Shown one piece after another: positions 51,011-62,868 of a stretch of DNA of 64,000 nucleotides (the first letter of the stretch is position 1; the number at the start of each line of letters is the position of its first letter). Source of the stretch: Lingula anatina (taxonomy: Eukaryota; Animalia; Brachiopoda); contig CM120643.1 in NCBI GenBank assembly GCA_051362555.1, positions 18,480,848 through 18,544,847 on the forward strand, in the 5' to 3' direction. The position numbers were made by a program, and so were the translations under genes. Under the pieces are notes generated by a model. That model searched no databases. It was not told the DNA's origin and worked only from the letters and a program-made list of their open reading frames with translations.

Positions 51011-51095
51011 CGCCTCCTTGAGCATAAGCGCATGTTAGTACTCCTATGAGAATAACGACAACTAGTTCCACTATTATCTGTGTCCGGATCGCCAT
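51011..51095 (-). CDS. Peritrophin-like protein first coding exon (signal peptide)
   Basis: ACAATGG start, MAIRTQIIVELVVVILIGVLTCAYAQGG, donor G|GTAAGT. An acceptor (TTTCAG) 7 nt upstream of the ATG implies a further non-coding exon. Confidence 0.88.
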
Positions 51096-51642
51096 TGTCA
51101 GTCTGAAATAAATGGAAAAAATAATATGAATTCATATTGGATTGACTTCCTATGGTTTTGAAAGCGTAAAACGGTGTCCTGTGGTCAGGTACACAAAATC
51201 ATTTTGGATACAATGTTGATCTGGGAAAATGTGGAAATATTGGTAATAATATTTGAAACAAAATGTTGGTCTATTTCAAGTCATGATAAATGGACAGTAG
51301 TCGATATAAATTAGTTGAACAAAAGTGAACTACGTATTGTTTTAACAGTCTATGCGTCACAGCAGTGATTCGATATGTGTCATCTTTATTACGCTGGCTC
51401 TAGTGTCAGACTGAACTAAATTATTCTATCTGACACGCCATTTAACTTTTAAAAAGAAAGTTGCATTCAACATTTACATTTGCTTAAAGGAGAAGGTGCA
51501 AGAATACAAGGAGAAGCTATATGTAACAATGATTTGCAAATATCTGGGTTCGAACATAAGCAATGTTCGCAGAGATTCCTCACTCACGTGTTCCAGTTAA
51601 AGGTCAGATTATAAATCACGAAGACATCAAAGACATAATAAT

Positions 51643-53490
51643 AACAAGGCAGCAAAGCTGGCAAATGTACAGACAAAGAACAGAAAATAAAGATGCAAAT
51701 AAGTGAAAAATTAAATTTTCACAAAAAACTGTTAAATTGCCAGAAAAATTTACCAAACAGACTGCGTTGCCTATTGAAGCTGTATGTTAGACCCATGTTT
51801 CTTTCCTGTAAGTTTGAGAACAGTAAGTGACATGATTTCCCTTAAATGGTCATCATAGGAGCAGTGCCCAAAATAGGGGTTTCTTCAAATTTTGATGCAA
51901 CATTACATAATGTTTAACAGCATAATGACAATCAAATGTTATTAATAAAATATTAGTAACATGGACATTCAGAAAATGTGACAAGCAAAAGTCTTCAAGA
52001 TCATGGAACTTTAAAGTCACACCTTGAAAATGCCAATATGTGAAAAATTAAATTTTCACAAAAAACTGTTTAACTGCAAAAAAAAAAAAAAAAAAAAAAA
52101 AACAAACAAACAGACTGCATTGCCTACTGAAGCTGTATTTTAGTCCCATGTTTCTTTCCTGTAAGTTTGAGAACAGTAAGTGACATGATTTTCCTTAAAT
52201 GGTCATCATGGAAGCAGTGCCCAAAAAAGGGGTTTCTTCAAATTTTGATGCAATATTACATAATGTTTAACAGCTTAATAACCATCAATTTTTAATTATA
52301 AAATATTTGTATCACAGATATTCAGAAAATGTGACTAGCAAAGGTCTTCAGGACCATGGAACTTCAAAGTCACGCCTTGAAAATGCCAAAATGTAAACAA
52401 GACAGCACTGTTCTGAAATGGGTTTATTTCCATTTTTAACACTTTTTTAACATAAAACAAAATAAACAGTTTACTGCCATTTTTATATGACCAACTAAGA
52501 AAATTGATGAGATGGGAAAAGTATCAATAGAACAGTGTTAAATGTCCAATTTCCTCCATTCTGAGATTCTGAACATGGTGGATAATTGAATCTGACAAAC
52601 TGCAATGATATGAGTTTATTTCCATTTTTGACACTTTATTACACAATACATGATAACAAGTTTACCATGTTTTTTACATAATCAACTAACAATGTTGTAA
52701 AGATGCAGGAAATATCAAACAAACACTTTTAGGCATCTTATTAGTTCAATAATGAGACTGTTAACATGCCTAATAATTGAATCTGAGGAAATGTGAAAAA
52801 CAGTATAACTTCCAAAATAATGGCCCGATTATGCTGATTTTCGAACTCAACCTGCGTTTTAGTAAGAATGACCACTCCTGTGAGTATAATTACAATTGGC
52901 CAATCCGTTTTTCTTATATTGTGTTATCAGTGTTGTATTTATATTGAAAATAGTGAAAAAACAGCATAAATTCCCTAAAAATGGCCCAATCATGCTGATT
53001 TTCGAACTTGACCTGCGTATTATGAATATTCATCAGTTCTGTAAGTTTCAAGTCAAAAGGTAAAGTGGTTTTCCACTTATCATGTTATCGGTGCTGCATA
53101 TATGCTGAAAAAAGTGAAAAAACAGCATAAATTCCCTAAAAGTGACCCGATCATGCTGATTTTCGAACTTGACCTGCGTATTATGAATATTCATCAGTTC
53201 TGTAAGTTTCAAGTCAAAAGGTAAAATGGTCTTCCACTTATCGTGTTATCGGTGCTGCATATATGCTGAAAAAAGTGAAAAAACAGCATAAATTCCCTAA
53301 AAGTGACCCGATCATGCTGATTTTCGAACTTGACCTGCGTATTATGAATATTCATCAGTTCTGCAAGTTTCAAGTCAAAAGGTAAAATGGTTTTCCACTT
53401 ATCGTGTTATCGGTAAAAGTGCACGGCGACGACGGCGACGACAGACGCAGATGATGGCTATATGTACAGACACATCTGTGTCTGTACATA
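51643..53490 (-). mobile_element. Helentron-associated (HINE/DINE-1-like) element copy B
   Basis: Same termini as copy A. Contains a ~337-bp internal duplication (51703, 52040), ~4 copies of the 161-bp repeat (~52790-53415), a GAC/GGC microsatellite and the terminal palindrome at 53461-53490. Confidence 0.88.
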
Positions 53491-54501
53491 AAAATCTAGC
53501 AATAAAATTATTGCATGGAAAAAGTTAAACTTGAAAAAAATAGCTTGTTTTTAGAATGGAAATCAAAATGTTGCAGATCAGCTGATGACTCCTGAGTTTC
53601 AAAAACAGAAAAAAACTTTGTGCCATAAAGGAGTTGAAAGTTATGACAGGTACCTTTCCAACGAACCAACTACCACAGAAGATCTTGTTGTCTACCTTGC
53701 TATCTCTACCATATACTCCAATCACACTTAGAACTACAGAATACCAACACAGGTCACTTGAATTGCCTCCATCTGTGCAAGCTCTGTGCAATGCGTGTTC
53801 TACCCTACCTTCATGCATACATTCACATCCAAGCCACTCAAAAGATGGTGCCAGTGGTCAAGTATGAGTCTCAAAAGATGGCGCCACAATGCGGGTGGTC
53901 AACATATTCATATGTGGTTTCATGGTCACCCTCTTTCTTTTTCAAATCAATTAGCAATTCTGCCATCTCATATCTTCCATGAAAGTGAAAGAATCCACTT
54001 TCCAAAGCTGACAGACCCAAGTTTGTTCTGTTGGGTCTTTGGGGTTAATGAGACCTTGGACCTAAATAGAGAAGGACAAGAAACGCGGCATCTTCCTTTG
54101 AAGCTATGTGCGTTCGGGTAAACATTCGCCTATTGTCTCACATAATCTGTTTTGATAGCTCCACGGGCGTCTGAACAGCTTATTATCAAGGTAGCGCGCG
54201 CTGTGCTTCAGTGCATTTCTATTGTTTCTCTGCATTGATAACGCAGTTTCTCGCAGTCCCTCGTGGTTGCTATGATACAGCATTGCCGCCATCTTGCAGT
54301 TGCGAGCACACAGGTTTCTGTCAACACGTGGAAATTTATTGAGGGGTTTTCGGCATTTTCCCCGTTACCTCATAAAAACGGGGTGTGAAGTTTGTCTTCA
54401 ATACCTGCTGCCTTTCCCTGTCCGTGAGGTAGTCTCTGACAGGACAGGAATACGCACCCAACGACCGGAAATCTCATTCCTACATGTACCAGTAGCTGTG
54501 A

Positions 54502-54723
54502 CACCCCGGAAGATCAATCAAATTTACACAAGAACTGACTGCTGGTGAATCGGACAAATTAAAAATGGACCTTTTTAGCATGTTTGTGAAATTATATATT
54601 ACCATTAGGGGCCACTCATTTCGCAGACAGCTTAAAGAAAAGTACCAAGAATCTGTGTCTGCATCTACGAAAGAAAAAGGATTGAGAAAGTCTCTCAAAA
54701 GGAAGAGTAGAATTACAGCTTGA
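54502..54723 (+). pseudogene. C-terminal fragment of a DNA-transposon-associated (P/THAP-like) ORF
   Basis: Open frame ..DLFSMFVKLYITIRGHSFRRQLKEKYQ..KEKGLRKSLKRKSRITA* resembles a LY+T+RG.SF...EKY..K.GLRK.LK tail recalled from invertebrate transposon proteins. The upstream part is missing. Confidence 0.4.
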
Positions 54724-55092
54724 ATTATTACCTAGATTTTCAACAAACAGACAGTATGATCTTGTGCATTTATAACATTTGGGTTTTTTCACTTAGCAAT
54801 TAAGGACTTAATTAGAAATTTCATCTAGGTTTACATTAATTTTAATTAGTTATTTAAGAGTCAGATTTGTCGTATTAGTTTGGTAGAAAATAATACACCA
54901 GGTACCAAAATATGGCTTTCTGTTTTCAGTAACTGAAAAGCAGTCGTAATTCAAGAACTTATTATAAGTATTTATAATATTTGTTTTTTTCATTCAGCAA
55001 CTATCTTTCATTTATATTTCACTTTATTTTTCATTAAAAGTTACCCGTTTACAATATGAGATTAATTTCACCAATACTGATCTTATGGTAAT

Positions 55093-57544
55093 ACAAGACA
55101 GCACTTTTCTGAAATGGGTTTATTTCCATTTTTAACACTTTTTTAACATAAAACAAAATTAACAATTAACTGCCATTTTTATATGACCAACTAATAAAAT
55201 TGATGAGATGGGGAAAATATCAATAGAACAGTGTTAAATGTCCAATTTCCTCCATCTAAGATTCTGAACATAGTGGATGATTGAATATGACAAATTGCAA
55301 TGATATGTGTTTATTTCCAGTTTTGACACTTCATTACACAATACATGATAACAAATTTACCATCATTTTTACATAATCAACTGACAATGTTGTAAAGATG
55401 CAGGAAATGTCAAACAAACACTTTTATGTATCTTATTAGTTCAATAATGAGACTATTAACATGCCTAAGAATTGAATCTGAGGAAATGTAAAAAAAAAGA
55501 ATAACTTCTAAAATAATGGACCGATTATGCTGATTTTCATACTCAACCTATGTTTTAGTAAGATTGACCACTCTTGTGAGTAAAATGACAATTTGCCTAT
55601 CTGTTTTTCTTATATTGTATTATCAGTGTTGTATATATGCTAAAAAAATGAAAAAACAGCATAACTTCTATAAAAGTGGCTCTATCATGCTGTTTTTCAA
55701 ACTTGACCTGCGTATTATGAATATTCATCAGTTCTGTAAGTTTCAAGCCAAAAGGTAAAATGGTATTTCACATATCGTGTTATCGGTGCTGCATATATGC
55801 TGAGAAAAGTGAAATAAAGATGCAAATAAGTGAAAAATTAAATTTTCACAAAAAACTGTTAAATTGCCAGAAAATTTTACCAAACAGACTGCGTTGCCTA
55901 TTGAAGCTGTATGTTAGACCCATGTTTCTTTCCTGTAAGTTTGAGAACAGTAAGTGACATGATTTCCCTTAAATGGTCATCATAGGAGCAGTGCCCAAAA
56001 TAGGGGTTTCTTCAAATTTTGATGCAACATTACATAATGTTTAATAGCATAATGACAATCAAATGTTATTAATAAAATATTAGTAACATAGACATTCAGA
56101 AAATGTGACAAGCAAAAGTCTTCAGTATCATGGAACTTTAAAGTCACACCTTGAAAATGCCAATATGTGAAAAATTAAATTTTCACAAAAAACTGTTTAA
56201 CTGCCAAAAAAAAAAAAAAAAAATACCAAACAGACTGCATTGCCTACTGAAGCTGTATTTTAGTCCCATGTTTCTATCCTGTAAGTTTGAGAACAGTAAG
56301 TGACATGATTTTCCTTAAATGGTCATCATGGAAGCAGTGCCCGAAATGGGGGTTTCTTCAAATTTTGATGCAATATTACATAATGTTTAACAGCTAAATG
56401 ACCATCAATTTTTAATTATAAAATATTTGTATCACAGATATTCAGAAAATGTGACTAGCAAAGGTCTTCAGGCCCATGGAACTTCAAAGTCACGCCTTGA
56501 TAATGCCAAAATGTAAACAAGACAGCACTGTTCTAAAATGGGTTTATTTCCATTTTTAACACTTTTTTAACATAAAACAAAATAAACATTTTACTGCCAT
56601 TTTTATATGTCCAACTAAGAAAATTGATGAGATGGGAAAAGTATCAATAGAACAGTGTTAAATGTCCAATTTCCTCCATTCTGAGATTCTGAACATAGTG
56701 GATGATTGAATCTGACAAACTGCAATGATATGAGTTTATTTCCATTTTTGACACTTTATTACACAATACATGATAACAAGTTTACCATGTTTTTTACATA
56801 ATCAACTAACAATGTTGTAAAGATGCAGGAAATATCAAACAAACACTTTTAGGCATCTTATTAGTTAAATAATGAGACTGTTAACATGCCTAATAATTGA
56901 ATCTGAGGAAATGTGAAAAAACAGTATAACTTCTTAAGTAATGGCCCGATTATGCTTATTTTCGAACTCAACCTGCGTTTTAGTAAGATTGACCACTCCT
57001 GTGAGTATAATTACAATTGGCCAATCCGTTTTTCTTATATGGTGTTATCAGTGTTGCATTTATATTGAAAATAGTGAAAAAAACAGCATAAATTACCTAA
57101 AAGTGACCCGATCATGCTGATTTTCAAACTTGACCTGCGTATTATGAATATTCATCAGTTCTGTAAGTTTCAAGTCAAAAGGTAAAATGGTTTTCCACTT
57201 ATCGTGTTATCGGTGCTGCATATATGCTGAAAAAAGTGAAAAAACAGCATAAATTCCCTAAAAGTGACCCGATCATGCTGATTTTCGAACTTGACCTGCG
57301 TATTATGAATATTCATCAGTTCTGTAAGTTTCAAGTCAAAAGGTAAAATGGTTTTCCACTTATCGTGTTATCGGTGCTGCATATATGCTGAAAAAAGTGA
57401 AAAAACAGCATAAATTCCCTAAAAGTGACCCGATCATGCTGATTTTCGAACTTGACCTGCGTATTATGAATATTCATCAGTTCTGCAAGTTTCAAGTCAA
57501 AAGGTAAAATGGTTTTCCACTTATCGTGTTATCGGTAAAAGTGC

Positions 57545-57575
<31 letters not shown>

Positions 57576-57651
57576 CGGCGACAGCGACGACGGCGACGGC
57601 GACGACAGACGCAGATGATGGCTATATGTACAGACACATCTGTGTCTGTAC

Positions 57652-57654
<3 letters not shown>
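55093..57654 (-). mobile_element. Helentron-associated (HINE/DINE-1-like) element copy C (rearranged, concatemer-like)
   Basis: 55811-57654 is nearly identical to copy B from ~51685 to its end. It is preceded by an extra internal module (55093-55810) starting ACAAGACAGCAC. Terminal palindrome at ~57625-57654. Confidence 0.88.
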
Positions 57655-57685
<31 letters not shown>

Positions 57686-57691
57686 TAATAA

Positions 57692-57734
<43 letters not shown>

Positions 57735-57735
57735 A
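57652..57735. repeat. (AAT)n/(ATT)n inverted microsatellite
   Basis: An (AAT)n tract is followed directly by an (ATT)n tract of similar length, making it self-complementary. Confidence 0.9.
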
Positions 57736-58619
57736 CTGATGTCATCGCAGGAAAGAGACCACCGGTATCCTGCATGACTTTTGATGATATTCCAAAAGAT
57801 TTTTTGTCACGTGATCTGTTTATTATCTCTCCACTGTATAACGTACATATATTTTAATGAGACTCTTTTTTATTCTTTATGTCACTTTATTCGCTAGCAC
57901 AAACGTTTCATGACTTTCGTTAATAAATCCAAAGGCAGAGGTTAGGTTTACGTGCATTGAATGCACTTTGAAAAAGAAAAACAGGTAGATATGAATCTAA
58001 TTTACCAACTCCCGCTCTTACGACTTAATCTGTGCACCAAATCATTTCTACCAACGCTAAATATAGAAGGGAGAAACAATTGTGGTGAAGGCATTCTTAC
58101 CCACGTAGCTTTTGAGGAATCAGTTCGACTGCAGTTGTGTTGCAATGTTTTCTTTCAAGGACCACAAAATACAATCTTACTCGTAGCGTCTCATTTGACC
58201 TTCACAACACGGACATGCTTATACCAAAGGACTGTTTGGAGTCAAATGCATCATTTACGTATCTAAAAACATAAGTCCGTAAAAGGATGTACTTAAATGT
58301 TTTGAATGTGAAATTTGATGGAATATTAGAGCAGTATCTTGTATTAGTCATACATAGCTCTTTAACTAATGTCTCATTACGAAACTACGTAGAACAAAGA
58401 AACATATTCATACATGGGGCAAAACTATTGTAACTACATTGCTCACGTACTTTGAAACATGAATAATGTTTTACCACGATAAAAACGTCAAATATAATTT
58501 TTAGTTAGTCGTGCCTAGTTCCAAGCAAACCAACTATCTGTGAACCTCTGAATGGGGTCCTTGTTTTTCTTTGTGAATTTCAAATAGAGCATCATCAATA
58601 ATCTTCTACAACATGGAGT

Positions 58620-59720
58620 AACTTTTTCTCAAAGGATGACATCTGTAATTATATGCCCTGTGAAAAGTACTCCACGTTAGACCATGCGCTCAGGCGATAT
58701 AATTTAGAGGTAAAGGGAGTGATTCATGACCCACTCTTCACTTCAGCTGTCACTTTCGTTATCAAAGTCATGCATCTGAGACCTAAACGTATAATTCTCG
58801 CCCGTCAGAATGCGTGATCTTTGGCGGCGGAAGCCATGTTTGATATGCAAGATAGGCCACATGTGCCTGCAGATCTGCTTCTCATGTATAATACGTCATG
58901 GAATGTAAAATTTTGGCTTTATCTGTCATCTGTCTTGAATAGTGGATGTCTTTTAATAAAGATACAGCAAATATCAGGATATTATTGTGAAAAAAAAGAA
59001 AATCGAAAAAGGGTAGCCATTGTTTGGATTTGACAATTGTCATATTCTTCAGATGGGGTGTGCATGGGCCAGACCAATGGCTGATAACATTTCATATTTG
59101 CTGACATTTGATTCGGCATATGAATATGTATCGAATACCAATATTAGATGGTCTGAAATTCTGCCTTTGCAAAACAAAGAAATACCTCGAAGTACAAACG
59201 TCGCTATAATCACCACGGTACCATCAATCATTGGAGGCACTTCAGTTACGAAACGCTTACAGTCAGTAAACCCTCCATGTTGTATTTGCATACCAAAACC
59301 CCAGGGTCAACCTACAAAAATCCACGTGGAACACCCATATAAAACGGAACCTGTTAAAACCTGTGCTAAGACGCTGCGGCCCTAGGTCAAATTGAAATCG
59401 ATGACAATACACGATAGTCACTTAAAAGGGGTCAGTCCGTGCCGGGCACATCTTTAAAAAATGCTTTGTCATCACAAGCTATTGTTGGTACGACGGCAAA
59501 CGGAGCCCATTCCATTCGTATAGCTGCCTGCAATGTTTTCTGACCCCTCTGGCGTTAAATAATATTTATCACTATAGGCTTAAACGTGACTTCCCTTACA
59601 ACTACATTGTATAAATCTGGAGTGCCGGCTTGTATAGTGATGTGACTTCCACGCACCTCCAAAATGAATGTACCATTGTCAATGCCCGCCATTATGTGCA
59701 CTTAGGAACACTGCAAGACG
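58620..59720 (+). pseudogene. Decayed Crypton-type tyrosine recombinase (DUF3504/KCTD1-ZMYM-like) relic
   Basis: Ordered remnants: SKDDICNYMP..TLDHALRRYN..VIHDPLFTSA..IKVMHLR (K.DG..YEP..RHL..NY..I.D..F), VKFWLYL (VWF), TFDSAYEYV (D..G.EYV), TSLTTTLYKSGVPACIVM (T..T.L..GVP..IM). Many stops and frameshifts. Confidence 0.55.
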
Positions 59721-60499
59721 GCGCCAAGGACTAATATGGAACGTTTACCTCATCATGAATGTAAAATAAGCTAATTTACAGCACACAGCCCATTGTTCTT
59801 TTCGGGTATGTCCTTAAAATGACATATTCAATTTCTGAACCACTACCTTAAACCCTAAACAACATTAAATATCTATTGTTTGTAGACATACAAGTATATC
59901 ATAACGTCTGCCGGTTTATGTAGCAGGTCCTAGTTATCCAATTACCCAAAAGCATTCTTAGCATCCTCGATCTGCCTAACGCGACCAGAAAAAACATTTT
60001 AAAGTCATCATCGCTTTGTTTTTCAATGAGTATCTGTATCTATCAAGTGAAGCAGACAAATGATTATATTTTGTTAACGATTGTATAAAAACATGATGTG
60101 AATGTCGTACCATTCCAACATCTACCTCTCTCAGTTTGCCAAACTTACACATCACAGGTTTTTGACAATTAAAACGCATCTATCGTCTTAATCAAATTTA
60201 CATTTCTGATGAAAGATATCAGAAAAGCATTGCCTATGGTATGATATGTTGGTATGCAACAATTACAAGAGGAAGAGAAGAAAAAGAAGAAGAATTAATC
60301 ATCAATGGGAATTTGAAGAATCATCGCACACCCTCGTCATAGTCACGTACTAGCATTTAATATGTTTCCTTCTTGTGAGCTACCATTGTGCCTTATTAAA
60401 TGACTCAAAACGTCGACGCCCCGAAAAATCATATATCATGTCTCGTCTGTATGATTCTTCCTTTATAACTGTGGAACCCCTCGGCTCATGCAAACTATT

Positions 60500-61560
60500 T
60501 CGTGGTAATTATTTCAACAAGTAGTTGCTAATTCATTGCATCCCAAAACGAAATCCATTTTGCAATATGAACAGCCATTGTGCAACCTGAAACTACCATT
60601 ACTGTAGATATGGTGCTTTTGGAAATTCTTAATTTAATGACGTTGATCATAACGAGCTGTGTCAAATGTATGCAAGCCATAAAAAAAAACATTGTTAAAC
60701 TGTATTGTTTCTCCTCACACAAGGAAGTTTTAAAAAAACACCGAGGATATTTATGTTTAACCCAGAACCTGACGTTCACGTGACATACTCCCAAAATTGA
60801 CAGACCACAATCAATTTTAAAATGTCAGTTCCTTACATGTATAAAACTGTTATATGAAGTGACCGTTTCTGGGACGGTTAATATCAGAAAAAAACGTCCA
60901 TTATCGGTCGATCACAGGGTCATATCTGTACCAAGTAATAAAGATTAAAATGCAAGATAGCAAGACACATCAATCAGAAGTAGTTTAATACAGTGCGCCA
61001 TTGTTTTCGTTTGAATGAGGCCTTTTTGTGTATGTATATATATAAACTTTGCTGACCTAAAAGGTTTGGAATGCTACTGTCAGGAAGCAGAATCAACAAT
61101 GGCGCAATGCCCCTTTTTGTGGCGAAAATAAACTACAGGTCTTGAGTATTCTTTGGGTTTCTGACTCAGATATCTTTATTTGACGTGTTGTTATTGACTT
61201 GGTTTTTAGCTTTTGAAAAGAAATGATAAGTTTTGTTGACGTTATCTAAGGCATATGACATTTTTTTTGGAAACATATTTTATGACAATTTCCGCAATGC
61301 TATTATTTTAAGAACTGTTTGTTGTTGAATTTTAAAAAGAAAAGAAGAACATTGCGGAGTTAATCAATAAATTGCAAAACAGCTTTCATGTATTATGGAA
61401 ATATGAAAACATTACACATGTACCTGTAGCTTTTCTCCATATCTATAGAAAACTATATATCACCACAACTGTATTTATATCAATGAGAAACGGGTGAACC
61501 ACTGAAGACAGCAATAATCCCAACACAATTTTCCATAATTCCGTGACGTGTGTATCAGTA
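60500..61560 (-). pseudogene. Possible highly decayed class A GPCR pseudogene
   Basis: Ordered hydrophobic remnants: TM1-like LLSSVVHPFLIDINTVVVIY, TM2-like CAIVD, TM3-like LSCILIFITWYRYDPVIDR (DRY-like), TM5/6-like YSLTMFFF..KSTISTVMVVSG, TM7-like AKWISFWDAMN. Confidence 0.35.
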
Positions 61561-62807
61561 CAATATGTAAAACTACCGCTGGCGAGGACAAAAGACACGG
61601 TATAGAGATAAACAGTTCTGGAAATTCTCACTAAATGACTGTATTATACTCAACAGAAACTATCCTTCACACTGCTCCCTGTATTTCGACGTGATAGGTA
61701 CATAGTATGCAAATGATTATCAAACAAAACAGCCAATCATGAGCAATTAGGAGATTATAATTAAATGGCCGAGTCTAACATGTACCTAAGAGACAGAGAA
61801 ACTCAGAGAGCGAAATACTGTCACCTTCTGTCTGTGCTATTGTCATTACAGAGTGGCGTACAATCATGACTTGTTTGACCCACCACTGTGTACTTATTAT
61901 CTGATTTTATCATTGGACCAGACCGCCCTCACTGTCTTTTCGTGTATATACCACCCAAAGTAGACGAGTTACAAGGACGCGTAAATCAGGGGAGGAAAAA
62001 GACTTTTTTGTTTTGGGCCATTGGAAATCCTCTTGAAATTAAAAGCGGATAATTTCACATTTAAGATTACTGTGTAAGAGAGTCAGCATGGATGGAAGAC
62101 TTAAGGCTAAATATTTGTACCAATTCTTTTATTCATCGAAAAGGAACATTACTCACTAAACGTGCATTTGCAACAGCCAACAAACTCTTGTTTAAGTACG
62201 TGAGAGGGGGTAGCGATTCATAAATAGAGAAGTTATGAACATTTTAACAGGCACATTAAACTTACACGTTTGGCGGTCTTTTTTCTTGCAAAGACAAAAG
62301 CCATATATCTCAACGATTAGAATATTCGCCATCTGAATATCAAAGTTTTGTTACCATCACGTTTACAATAAGAACAAAAACTCTTTCTGTGAACATGTAT
62401 GTCAGCAATCACTCACTTTTGGCACTGCATAAAAGTTCCAACCCATGGGCATTTGATGTAAATTACAAACTTATCAACAGATTGGAAAAGACTGATGATT
62501 GATTGCATAAGCCGCATAGGAGATCATAGGAGTCATACATTATATGATACAGTTGCTGTTGGTATCGCTGTTGGTTATCCGAAAAACTACATTGCTGGGC
62601 GATAACAATTATTATATCATAAAAGAATGTGAAAAGTCATCTGTTGTGTACCAGACTTGAAGTCACTAGACCAATTTTTCAGTACGTTTTCATGACACCC
62701 ATACATCAACCGCGAAGTTGACAGTATAAGAAGTCTGCCTTCATATATACTGTTTTAAAAAACACAAAAAAAGGACAAACCTGCTAAAAAGAATCAGTCA
62801 ATCTCAC

Positions 62808-62868
62808 CTCTTATTCAACTGTGGCTGCTTGCCGGTCCTGTCCGCCTCGCCTCGTCGACAGCACACCT
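62808..62868 (-). other. Candidate 61-nt internal exon (minus strand)
   Basis: GC-rich segment bounded by a strong acceptor CCCTTTCTTTTCTTCGTCAG| and a donor GAG|GTGAGA. Confidence 0.35.
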
